Assembly (NCBI RefSeq): GCF_001194135.2
Contig: NC_068982.1
Coordinates: 59,977,787-60,011,235 of the forward strand
DNA length: 33,449 bases
Origin: Octopus bimaculoides
Taxonomy: Eukaryota
Reading direction: 5' to 3'
Below, in pieces: positions 1 to 10,617 of the stretch. The notes beneath the pieces were generated by a model. That model made no database searches. It saw only the letters and a list, made by a program, of their open reading frames with translations, and was not told where the DNA came from. Each line of letters starts with the position of its first letter. Position 1 is the first letter of the stretch. A program made the translations under genes and the position numbers.

Positions 1-150
1 CCATTCTCCGAACTTTCCATCTTTCCGACGAAGGGCTACGCCCGAAACGTCATACACTCTCTCTTTCCTTTCCTGAGCGTCCAATAATACTATCCATATC
101 ACGTCCTCACTTTGTTGTTTTTTTGTTTTTTTGTTATTGTGTTTTTGAAC
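1..150 (+). mobile_element. Penelope-like element terminal-repeat (pLTR) fragment, copy 1
   Basis: Has CCGACGA-A-GGGC-TAC-GCCC-GAAACGTC (25-51), then TGAGCGTCCAATAATAC and a T/G-rich tail. The same ordered motifs recur inverted at ~170-330. PLE assignment rests on the known association of minimal hammerheads with PLE terminal repeats. Confidence 0.6.
25..51 (+). ncRNA. Minimal hammerhead-ribozyme-like motif (degenerate, U4 to C)
   Basis: Core CCGACGA (25-31; consensus CUGANGA), extra A, perfect 4-bp stem GGGC/GCCC with 3-nt loop, GAAA (44-47), palindromic ACGT followed by C (GUC triplet). Helix I pairing is poor. Confidence 0.5.
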
Positions 151-167
151 TATATATATATATATAT

Positions 168-335
168 ATTCAAATCAGAAAAACAAAAACAAGAAAAACA
201 ACAAAAGTCTTCAAGGATGTACCCAATGAATGTATTAGCTTGATGCTCAGAGAAATTTTAAGATGGAAGAAAGATGGTATGTGATGTTTGTTTCGAACAT
301 GGCTCTTCATCAGAAAGAGGAAAATGTCTGGAGAG
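168..335 (-). mobile_element. Penelope-like pLTR fragment, copy 2, inverted relative to copy 1
   Basis: Reverse complement reads CTTTCTGATGAAGAGCCATGTTCGAAACA...CTGAGCATCAAGCTAATAC...TTTTGTTGTTTTTCTTGTTTTTGTTTTTCTGATTTGAA, colinear with 21-150. Confidence 0.6.
290..313 (-). ncRNA. Minimal hammerhead-ribozyme-like motif (intact CUGAUGA core, degenerate helix III)
   Basis: Minus strand CTGATGA-A-GAGC-CAT-GTTC-GAAAC. Stem II pairs G-C, A-U, G-U, C-G with a 3-nt loop. Confidence 0.5.
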
Positions 336-629
336 AGGGAAAAGAATTGTCTAAGAAAAGCATATGTACTGTTACATGGCTGATATATATAACCACGCAA
401 AAAGGACAAAGTCTGCTGTTGAAAATGGCAACTGATTTAGGAGAGCATTTATTGCAAAATAGAATAAAACCTCGTCATGAATTAAATTTCTGAGAGTGAG
501 TGATGACCTCTCTCAAGTATAATAACTATATGCAGCCAAAACCTACAATTAGTACAACATCCAGTTATGAAAACATTTGTCAAACAAAATATCTGTCCAT
601 CGCATATATATACGCACAAAAGTTAAACA

Positions 630-755
630 TGACCAAATGGTAATGATAATAATCATATGTATCAACATGTGTTGATGTAAATCATGATGATGATGTCCAT
701 CAGCATCATCATTATCATCATGATCATGGTTGTAATACACATGTTAATCCTCATC
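630..755. repeat. Degenerate (ATC/GAT)n low-complexity tract
   Basis: Runs of atc/tga triplets; explains the His/Asp-rich spurious ORF 549..740. Confidence 0.8.
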
Positions 756-944
756 ATCATATATTTGGTACAGCATGAAAGATGACAGACTGATATCAAC
801 TGAAAAGCAGTGAAGCAGTAGTTGAATGTGATACACTGTGGAATTTATGTAAATCAGAACAACTAACACAGATTGAGGAGATGATAAATGACTCCTGCTA
901 ATGGCGTTAATGCTGCTTACCTGTACTGCTTCACAAGTTATGGA

Positions 945-1160
945 CCAATGAGGCAACCACTATATGGTTGCTCAAACTGCTAGATACACCATCCAAATTA
1001 CCCTCAGATCATGCCTTACTGCCTTAAAAATGGAAAAGCACTTTGGATAACATAGGCCTTGATACTACATTATGTCTGAATGAAAGACAGAATGGTTACA
1101 GAGTGAACATCTTTGACCATAGGCCTGTCACATTAGGGCTGACTTGGGTCTGAACAACTT
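945..1160 (+). mobile_element. Interspersed repeat (SINE-like family C), copy 1
   Basis: Shares ordered motifs (tgctaga...aaat..cc.tca.at ... tagggctga) with 1400-1590 and with a short piece at ~8585-8620. Confidence 0.5.
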
Positions 1161-1399
1161 CACATATAACAAGCTATATCCAGCATGTCTATATAGGATG
1201 GACCACATTGTCCACTGTTCAACTTGTTAATATCCTTGCTCAGCTGTGGTCATTGTGTCTCAGTTAATGGTCTCCTAATATTCCAAATGACTTGGAAAAT
1301 CTTGAAAGAATATTAGCAGCTCTCGTTGCACAAGAATAACATGCTAAATTTTTAAACATTCCACATTTTTTTAACTATAAGTAAACATATCAATAAAGA

Positions 1400-1590
1400 G
1401 ATCTCAGTGTGTCAGATTATATATGCTAGAATTAGCAACCAAATCTCCTTCAAATAATACCAAACCATTTCAAAAGATTAAAGGTTCCTTGAAGAATATA
1501 GTACTAGATATGAAAAGTAGCAAGAAAGACATCTCTGGAATATCTTTAATCATAGAAATTCATGATTAGGGCTGATCTCAACACAAGAAA
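1400..1590 (+). mobile_element. Interspersed repeat (SINE-like family C), copy 2, more diverged
   Basis: tgctagaattagcaaccaaatctccttcaaat ... ttagggctgatct, colinear with 945-1160. Confidence 0.45.
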
Positions 1591-3445
1591 AGCACAACTC
1601 ATTGCTATTGTTCACTCTGGTTCCCACAAATATCCAGACATTAACAACAAACCAGAACTACAGTGCAAAGTATCTCTCCTAAATATCATTTCCATCTAAT
1701 CTAAACAAACACTTATATGCACAACAAAATAGCTACAATCTTGACAGTCTTGTTTGATTCTCACTTCACAATGACCTCCATCTCTGATAGTTCACAAGGT
1801 ACAAGATTTTTATAAATCTATGGAGTCTACTTTGTTTGTCTCAGTTGTAACACTAACAGAATCTTCAATCAATTTTGGGGTGAGCTGATTACATAAACCC
1901 TAGTGTTTTACTAGTACTTTATTTTATTAACCCCAAAATGATTAAAGGTGAAGTTGACCCTGGTTGGATTTTTAACTCACAGAGTAGTGAGTTAGAATTC
2001 CATATAATCATTATATATTAAAATGTACAGCATCTGAACAATAACAACAATAAATTGTTTATTTAGAAGGAAGGATTTATACAGTGGAATATGTATGTAA
2101 ATATCTGTATTTGTGTGTGTATGCTTGTGTGTGTGTGTACTTTTGTAGATATGTATACATACATTGTCTCCCTTCTACAAATAGGTCTATAATTCTGTTG
2201 ACAGATATGAAAACAATATAACTTGATAGTTTTAATCTATTTTCCTTTATCGAAAGATAGCAAATTGCAAGAGCCTAACAACACAGTTAGGGAACCAAAA
2301 ACTGACAATAATAATATGAACTAAAATTCTTATTTTATTGGGAAAGTCAATTTGATTATGTATAAATTCCAAATCAAATGTAAAATAAACAAAAGAAAAC
2401 AGTGCACAGGTAAAAAAGAATGGCCTAAAAACAAGACTTGCTTTATTTCATTGCATGATGAATATGATGACTAATTAAACAGCTGGCTTCTGGCTCCACC
2501 TGCAGATCATTCTAAACGCTGCTTTATTCTGACTGTTCTAAATGCATTATGTTCTTTAGAAGACTCACTGGCATTTAATGAAACAATATAAATAAATTCA
2601 ATTAATAAAAACTGCTAAATAGAATCGTTTAAAAAATTCTTTAATGAAATTTTTGAATTTTTTTTTTCTTGATATTTTTGTAAAGTTTTTCTTTTTGGTT
2701 GAAATTTATGATATTGGTCCCGATTAAGTTGTAGTTTAAGAATAATAACCATTATTATGTTAACTTTCCAATGTTAATGCCTACCTCAAGCCATAGTTGG
2801 AAGAATATTGAATTCAACCAAAACAAGTCTAACATATGAAATTATATAAGAGAAATGTCTGGAGATTAATTTGAGAAATTTATCATAAAATTAACTTTTT
2901 AAAGTGGCTTCGTTTCTGACAGGTTAAGGAACTAGTGTACACATCAGTAATGTTTTTTGTAGAAAGCTTGAATTTGACAATCAACGTAGCACTCTTCAGA
3001 AAATCTAAGTTTATTTAAGATATGATAAATCAGTTGATATTAGAAAAGAATTTTACTGAGGCACAGCATGGATTTTGGCTTCCCTATATGGCCACTACTT
3101 TCTTTAAATGTAACATGCTTTCAGTTACAGCAAACACATGCATATAAAGTGGCTACTTTGTGTGGTCCACAGACTCTACACATTCCATGGAATGTCACTG
3201 GAAAACCAGTTGTTAAGCATAACAATTTTTTATAATATCCTTTTAATCAATATCATTGAATACCAAACATGTAGAATATATTTGTAATCTACACCAAAAG
3301 ATTAAGTGAGACCAGAAAAATACTTATCCACAAAGGGTCTTCAGTCTTTAGTCAAAAACCTTTTACCTAATAACCAAGCCCTACATCAATCAAGGAGATT
3401 CATTTTGTGGTTAATCCCAGTCACTTCATTTCATGTTCTTTATTC

Positions 3446-3650
3446 CTAGCCCTTGACTGTGTGGTCAATGGGGCATTCATTGATGATGTCACAACCAGAT
3501 TTTGCCACTTTTCTTTGGTCTTCTGCTGCTCTCTTTGAGTTGGCAAAATTGAGGCTTGTCCACTCATTAATGTTACCAGCCCATCTTTTCTCAGCCTTCC
3601 TTGATTTCATCCACCTTCCATTGTGTCTTGTAGGATTGTCACTGATATTC
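3446..3650 (-). mobile_element. RTE-clade LINE 3' coding fragment (frameshifted)
   Basis: Joined frames read ISVTILQDTMEGG*NQGRLRK / RWAGNINEWTSLNFANSKRAAEDQR / KWQNLVVTSSM, matching the post-RT RTE motif (ILQG.xEG.R.RGR..KRW.DNI.EWT). Confidence 0.75.
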
Positions 3651-3794
3651 TTTACACACATGCTAATAGATCTAGCTATATGTATAACATAGAATTATAC
3701 AAGGAGCTACTACCTTAAATTTTATTATCAAGTATGTATTCTTTAGCAAAAAACATAAATTCTATTCAAATTGTCCAGTTGCATACGATACAGA

Positions 3795-3990
3795 TCTCAG
3801 ATATGCCTCTTATCAATGAGGAAATTCAAGATGATATGCTATGGGTATGTGCTGTGGGTCAAGATCTTGCGTATTCACATCATCAGGGGATGGGTGAATG
3901 GAAAAAGAGTACATGTAAGTAACAAAGATGAGGATGGAGCAATAATATTAAGAACTGGATGAGGCAAACCACTGAATAGCAAGGAGTGGT
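3795..3990 (+). mobile_element. RTE-clade LINE 3' coding fragment, second lineage
   Basis: LLSMRKFKMICYGYV...HIIRGWVNGKR then, frameshifted, WSNNIKNWMRQT; same RTE C-terminal motif family. Confidence 0.6.
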
Positions 3991-4636
3991 GATTATGTCT
4001 GAGGCCCCTAATTGCCACAATTATCATCATCATCATCATCATCCTCATCATCATTATTTTTTGCTTAGTCAACACATCCCATTTGTTGCCAAAAACATTC
4101 GTTTTAATATTATTTTGTTCTTTGCAACAAAACCACCTTTCAAATACACTAATATAGATTAATATGTACACATGCACAGATATATACATGCACACATATA
4201 TATATATATATATACCCATATATATATACATACACACATGCAAAATGATAGAGGATCTAATCAGGTGGAAGTTCAAAAATTTGTGACAACATCCTGCTCG
4301 GTTTAATGGTAGGACTCACTGTGCAAGCTCTATAAATTTGTCCTTATTGGTAAAACTCGTAACAGGAAATAAATTTAAAAGTAAAAAAAGGAGGAGAAGA
4401 GAGAACAAAATAGGAAAGTATGAACAAACTGGTTTTTTTCACAGATCCAGTTGCCTCAAAGCTCATTGACTGGTTACATTCTCATGCAAAGTGACATTAG
4501 TGATTACATTTTTTTTTTCTTTCCACCTCCCCACCTCTTTTTCATCTTCCTCAGTCTGAAAAAATTTATTTGTTTTGTTTGGGGCTTATTTGGTCTACAA
4601 GTATTTGTGTGCCTTTTTTGAAACAAAGACAGTGAA

Positions 4637-4652
4637 AGAAGGAGAGAGAGAA

Positions 4653-4704
<52 letters not shown>

Positions 4705-4745
4705 AGAGAGAGAGAGAGAATGAGAGAGAGAGAGAGAGAGAGATG
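4637..4745. repeat. (AG)n microsatellite with AATG interruptions
   Basis: Direct reading. Confidence 0.95.
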
Positions 4746-5620
4746 ATATACAAATGTGTCAGGGTTTATGTCCATGTATGTTTGGAAAATTGTGTTTGCA
4801 TGTATATTCTGATATGTAAATATGAGAAACACACATACACACATACATGTGTGTATGTATGTATATATTTGTTTGTATATATATATATATATATACATTG
4901 CTATATGTGTGTGTGTACATATATAAGTTTATGTATGCACTCTACTATAATGCACATTTGCTTTTTATTGTCAGTATTATATCTGATTTGAAGAAAATCA
5001 ATGTGGTACACTTTAATGTATGTCAACAGCAATTCTGTAAAGTTGCATGAATACAATTTTGTCAGCTCCAGTTGGATGTGAGCCAGAAAATTTGGACAAG
5101 AGATACTGGTCATCAATAAGGTAGTTAGACTGTCAGGTCAGCTAAGTCAGGCTTCAACAATGAACTAAAGTATCAATTCTCACAAACTATCAATTCTACA
5201 TTGCTGGACTTATGCAGAATTTTACTTTAATGTGATGATTGCATGTCACTAGTTGAAGAATCTCTATTTATCGAGCTGCCTGCCCAGCCATACTTAATTT
5301 ATAGATAACTAAACACTCACTATCAATGCTGTTTATATTCAATGACTAAAGTAAAAGTATTGAAATGTGATAGAGCTGAATTTGTGTGTAACCTTGTGGT
5401 TAAGACTATAATTAGTATTCTCTGTACTGAAGAAACAAGTTCAATCTTAATCCCAAGTAGTCAAATTGTGTTTGAATCCATTAGAAATAAAATTAAACAA
5501 TAAGCTTAGAGCGGTGGTTCTTGACCCCTTTGCCTGTGGACCCCTTTGATTCCTATTTTGCTCTACTGGACCCTCGTAACCATTTGAAGTTTTAAAAGGT
5601 CCCATTATATTTTTTATATA

Positions 5621-5785
5621 GCGTAGGAGTGGCTGTGTGGTAAGTAGCTTGCTTACCAACCACATGGTTCTGGGTTCAGTTCCACTGCGTGGCATCTTGG
5701 GCAAGTGTCTTCTACTATAGCCTCGGGCCAACTAAAAGCCTTGTGAGTGGATTTGGTAGACGGAAACTGAAAGAAGTCCATCGTA

Positions 5786-5820
<35 letters not shown>

Positions 5821-6136
5821 NNNNNNNNNNNNNNNNNNNNNNNNNNNNNNNNNNNNNNNNNNNNNNNNNNNNNNNNNNNNNNNNNNNNNNNNNNNNNNNN
5901 NNNNNNNNGTGTGTGTGTGTGTGTATGTTTGTGTGTCTGTGTTTGTCCCCCTAACATCACTTGACAACCAATGCTGGTGTGTTTACGTCCCCGTAACTTA
6001 GTGGTTCAGCAAAAAGAGACTGATAGAATAAGTACTAGGCTTCCAAAGAATAAGTCCTGGGGTCGATTTGCTCGACTAAAGGCGGTGCTCCAGCATGACC
6101 GCAGTCAAATGACTGAAACAAGTAAAAGAGTAAGAG
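5621..6136 (+). mobile_element. tRNA-like SINE family A, near full length, with internal (TA)n/(TG)n tract and gap
   Basis: Head with A-box-like TGGCTGTGTGGT and B-box-like GGTTCAGTTCC; tail AAGTAAAAGAGTAAGAG; homologous to several other copies in the window. Confidence 0.85.
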
Positions 6137-6150
6137 TATATTATTAGGAA

Positions 6151-6805
6151 TTATTCTTTTATTCTTTTACTTGTTTCAGTCATTTGACTGCAGCCATGCT
6201 GGGGCACTGCCTTGAGGGGTTTTAGTTGAAGAAATTGACCCCAGGATTTATTTTTTTCAGCCTAGTACTTATACAATTAGTCTCTTTTGCTGAACAGCTA
6301 AGTTACAAGGATGTAAACACACCATCATTGGTTGTGAAGCAGTGATGGGGGTACAAACACAGACACAAAGATACACACACACACACACACACACACATGA
6401 CAGGATTCTTTAAGTTTCAATCTACCAAATCTACCCACAAGGCTTTGGTCAGCTCAAGACTATAGTAGAAGATACTGGCCCAGTTTGCCATGCTATGGGA
6501 CTGAACCTAGAACCATGTAGTTGGGAAGGAAGCTTCTTATTTCTTTATTGCCCACAAGGGGTTAAACATAGAGGGGACAAACAAGGACAGACAAAGGGAT
6601 GAAGTCGATTACATTGACCCCAGTACATAACTGGTACTTAATTTATCGACCCCGAAAGGATGAAAGGTAAAGTTGACCTCAGCGGAATTTGAACTTGGAA
6701 CGTAACAGCAGACGAAATACCGTTAAGTATTTTGCCCGGCATGCTAATGTTTCTGCCAGCTCACTGTCAGGAAGCAAGCTTCTTACCATAGTCATACCTG
6801 TGCCT
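6151..6805 (-). mobile_element. SINE family A, inverted, interrupted by a family B SINE
   Basis: Reverse-complement homology to 5621-6136; head resumes at 6770-6805 after the insert. Confidence 0.8.
6540..6769 (-). mobile_element. tRNA-like SINE family B with 16-bp TSD
   Basis: TSD ggaaggaagcttctta (6524-6539) / ggaagcaagcttctta (6770-6785). Minus-strand head GAGCTGGCAGAAACATTAGC...GTTCCAAGTTCAAATTCCGC resembles A and B boxes. Confidence 0.85.
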
Positions 6806-7064
6806 ATAAAAAAATTGTATAGAAAATTAAAATATTTGATGTATTGTAGAAGTATAACTGATCTATTGCACATAATTTTTAACAACTAAATTTTATATGG
6901 ACCCCCCACCAAGGGTCATGTGGACCCTGGTTGAGAACCACTGTCTTAGAGTTTTATCACTTCATATTTTATAACCATTCAATTATATAGAACACCACTT
7001 AAATATTTTATTTTTTTAATTTCAACAAATTTGGTGTAGAATTATATTCTATGTTTATTTTTGT

Positions 7065-7445
7065 GTTTTGGTAGAATTGCCAAAGTGTCAGTTGTAATAC
7101 TTGCTCTGGATCTTTATGTTCTAAGTTCAAATCTCACTGAGGTCAACTTTGCTTTCTGGGGGTTGATAAAATAAATGACTAGTCAATTCCTAAAGTTGAT
7201 TTAATTGACTAACACCTCCCTCTAGATTTTTGACCCTGTACGCACATTACAAATTATTACAGTGCAGTGGATTGGTAGAAGTAGAGCTTCCAACAAAAAT
7301 TCTTTGAGATATTTGTCCTGGTTCTTTGATTTATAAGTTCAAATTTTGCTGAGGTCAACTAATTTTTTATCATTTGGGATTGTTAAAATAAAGTACCAGT
7401 CAATTACTAGGGTTGATTTTATTGACTCACAGTCTCCCCCACCAC
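7065..7445 (+). mobile_element. Two adjacent degenerate SINE family B copies
   Basis: Two occurrences of gttcaaat...ctgaggtcaact...gataaaat/taaaataaagtaccagtc motifs (~7120-7190 and ~7335-7420). Confidence 0.65.
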
Positions 7446-8189
7446 AATCTACAGTTATCTCATCTAACCCATGCCAGCACATAAAACACAGATGTAAAAA
7501 TGGCAACAATGATTTCATAAAAGAGTTGAACCCAGTAAGGTTAAAATTCAGAATATAGACTGACATAACTAAATACTGGAATGAGTTTTGCCTTTGCTCT
7601 ATTAGCCATCCTTTAGCCATGGAAATAATAATAATAATATTTATAATAGCATGCAGTCATCTATTGTTTTCTTCATTTGTTTTTTTTTATGACTTTTTAA
7701 TGCATTTTTTATTTTTTTGCCTGAAATCATGTAACAAGAAATGGCTTTGTGCTTTAGTATAATTTATTTGGATAAAGTATCTGATAAAATAGGCTAGTCA
7801 GAAATAATAATAAAAAACACACAAAAAAATGTAATGAAGGCCATAATAAAAGAATACCAAAATTGTTCCACACACATTCTACTTCTATTGATTGATATTC
7901 TATTTTGTGAAAATGCAAATATGTGTGAAGCTTCTGGTGAGTTCATCCCCCATCGTAAGCTTTATTATTTTTTTTTTGCTCATTTTGTTTTTGCGTTGTT
8001 TTTTTTTTTTCTTTTGTATTTGATGAACATATGGACAAGTGTTTATAAACTGTTCAACAGCACAGATGCTTAACTGTGAAAGACGCCTAATGAAATGGCA
8101 GTTTAAAGTGATAACATGAAACCAGACGGTAACATCAACTGAATGAATAGTAATAATTTAGAAAACACAAATGCCAGATGACCTAATAC

Positions 8190-8256
8190 ATCTTAATTAT
8201 TTGAGAGCATCTCATGTATTCAATATGAGTAACCAATAACATAGCTGGGTACACTT
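8190..8256 (-). CDS. Candidate exon of an unidentified minus-strand gene ((E)VYPAMLLVTHIEYMRCSQIIK)
   Basis: Strong acceptor tttctttcttttcttttattcttag; weaker donor GTATTA; one open frame. No recognised homology. Confidence 0.22.
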
Positions 8257-8649
8257 CTAAGAATAAAAGAAAAGAAAGAAACTCTATGAAATTTGTTAGT
8301 AGAAAATGGCTGTGATAGTTAGCAGTGAGAGCTATTAATTAAATGAATTATTTTAAAATCAGAGTGATGTGTGAAAGCATATAAATAAATAAATAAATAA
8401 ATAGCAAATATTCCCATTTTTAATTATTTTCTTTTTGATGCTAAAGCACAGTAATGTTTGAAAAATGTCAAAATGTTCAGGTAGAAATTGATTATATCAA
8501 TGGAAGTAAGACAAAAATAAAGATTAAGGATTTAACACTTTATTGTGTACCACAAAATTCAGTTTCCACAATACAACATAATCAAGAACTGCTAGAAATA
8601 GCAGTCAAATCTTCCTTAAATTGTCTCTGTTGTCATATTTTTTTTTTGT

Positions 8650-8815
8650 CTTTTTACTTGATTCAGTCATTAGACTGTGGCCATGCTGAAACACAACCTG
8701 AATAAATGTAGTTAAATGAATAAACCCTAGTAATTATCTTAATTTAAGCCTGGTACTTATTCTATCAGTCTCTTTTGAAGGGTTGTAAACCCACACCAAT
8801 ATTAGTTGTCAAAGG
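8650..8815 (-). mobile_element. Degenerate SINE family A 3' half
   Basis: ttttacttgattcagtcattagactgtggccatgctg...gcctggtacttattctatcagtctctttt matches the reverse complement of the family A tail. Confidence 0.65.
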
Positions 8816-9084
8816 AAAATACACTTTAAATACTGTACCTGTTAGAGACATGATGATCATAGTTAGAATGCTCAATAAATACTGGTGAATATATACAACA
8901 TATACAACCATCTACTCTAAAATTGGGTGCCTCAGTTTAAATTATGTATGATAGCTTGATTAATTGCTTGACTTTCTGGCCTAGAGTCACAGCGACTTCT
9001 TTGATAACAAGAAAAGCTATTTTTGTTTTGTTGGTGATTGGTAAATATAACAGCAGGGAAGATAAAGAAAATGAATTTTATATA

Positions 9085-9648
9085 TCACCATCATTATCAT
9101 CTGCTTTCCATGCTGGCATGGGTTAGATGGTTTGACTGGAACTGGTGAGTCGGAGTGCTGCACCAAGTTCCAGTCTGATTTGGTATGGTGTCTACAGCTG
9201 GATGCTCCTCCTAATGCCAACCACTGTAATGGGTGCATTTTACATGCCACCTGCACAGGTGCTTTTATATGCCACCAGCATGGGTACCAGTTATATGACA
9301 TTGGCATCATCCACAACAATGATTTCACTTGGCTTGATGAGTCTTCTCAAGTATAGCATATTGCCAAAGGTCTCAGTCACTTGTCATCACTACCATGAGG
9401 TCCAAAGTTCATGCTTCACCACCTCATCCCATGTCTTTCTGGGTCTACTTTTTCCACAGGTCCCCTCTTCAGTTAGAGACTGGCACTTCCTTACACATCT
9501 GTCCTCATCCATACGCACCACATGACCATATCAATGCAGTCAACTCTCTTGCACACCACTTCTGATGCCCAATTATGCCCAACTTTTCTTTCAAGACGCT
9601 CACACTCTGTCATACATTCACACTGACATTGCACATTCAGTGAAGCAT
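9085..9648 (-). mobile_element. RTE-clade LINE 3' end including 3'UTR and (GAT)n-like tail
   Basis: Minus-strand translation MCNVSVNV*QSVSVLKEKLGIIGIRSGVQES*LH*YGHVVRMDEDRCVRKCQSLTEEGTCGKSRPRKTWDEVVKH. Confidence 0.8.
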
Positions 9649-10361
9649 ATATATATATATTTTAATTAAAGTATATGTGTACTTTAATTCAAAAGCTAAG
9701 GACATCTAACATTCAGAAACTGACAAATACGTGGAGAGAAGTGACATAAAAAAAGAAATGAATTATACAGATGATTAACTTTTTAGCATTAAATATTAGG
9801 TGTGCAGACAGAACTTCATATGTCTTGTGTGTGTGTATGTGTGTCAGTTGAGAAACCAGCTCAAAGGTTTTGAGGAATAAATAGTTACCACTTAGTTACC
9901 ACTACTAAGTTCACTTTAGCCTGGGATGATAGTAACTTAGTATCTGCCAAGAGCCCCAGTAGTAGGTCAAATAATCAAAGATATTCCTATAGTTAAAGTA
10001 TACAGGACTTGAACAAAGGCTGGACCCCACACATATGTTACACAAGTCCACCAAAGTGCAGACACGCCCAAATGCTTCATGAACCAGTCCCTCAGCCTGA
10101 GAGTTAAATTGGCCCATTGCCTCAATGGTAAGCTTAGGAAAGCATCAAACTAGCAGGGTAAACTGCAAATAAATCAGCACAAGCCAACATGATACCATTA
10201 TTATATCTTTTCAAAGAAAATTCATAGATCTTCAGACTTTGAGAATGAAGTCTATGATTACTGACATGTGCATATATGGCATACGAGGAGAGAGATATGA
10301 ACAAGCATACACACACATATACAAAAGACTGAGTGAGTTAGAAAAAGTTTGAAATGTTTAA

Positions 10362-10581
10362 CTCTTTAGCATTTAGAATACTCTAGCAAATATAATGCTT
10401 ATATATTTACATTATTTTGAATTACTCATGTATGGTTTTGTAGCTTTATGATTTCAATGATGTGACTCTTTACTTTAGGAATGATATTGTAGGATAGTTG
10501 TAAGAGGCCAGATCTAGCTGATTTGAACATAAATCAAGAAGAATATTTGAGCCGGATAGGGCTAGTTTAAATGCTAAAGGG
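10362..10581. mobile_element. piggyBac-type MITE (~220 bp)
   Basis: TIRs CTCTTTAGCATTTA / TAAATGCTAAAGGG (13/14 complementary), flanked by TTAA (10358-10361) and TTGA (10582-10585). Confidence 0.75.
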
Positions 10582-10617
10582 TTGAAATTTGATTTTTATT
10601 AGACAAATAACAAACAA

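Larger units (their letters stand above)
5512..6943. mobile_element. hAT-type MITE split by nested SINE insertions
   Basis: Left end CGGTGGTTCTTGACC (5512), right end GGTTGAGAACCACTG (ends 6943; reverse complement CAGTGGTTCTCAACC). Flanking 8-bp TSD gcttagag (5504-5511) / tcttagag (6944-6951), 7/8 identical. GGACCC subterminal motifs in both halves. Confidence 0.8.

Noticed and set aside
905-960. Strong minus-strand donor CAG|GTAAG at ~915
   Set aside because: The putative exon runs into a family C repeat and has no suitable acceptor.
3734-3922. Apparent plus-strand exon (cag|TTGCAT...ACAT|gtaagt) with a TGA-rich third frame suggesting selenocysteine
   Set aside because: Another frame matches an RTE C-terminal motif, which explains the region; no SECIS evidence.
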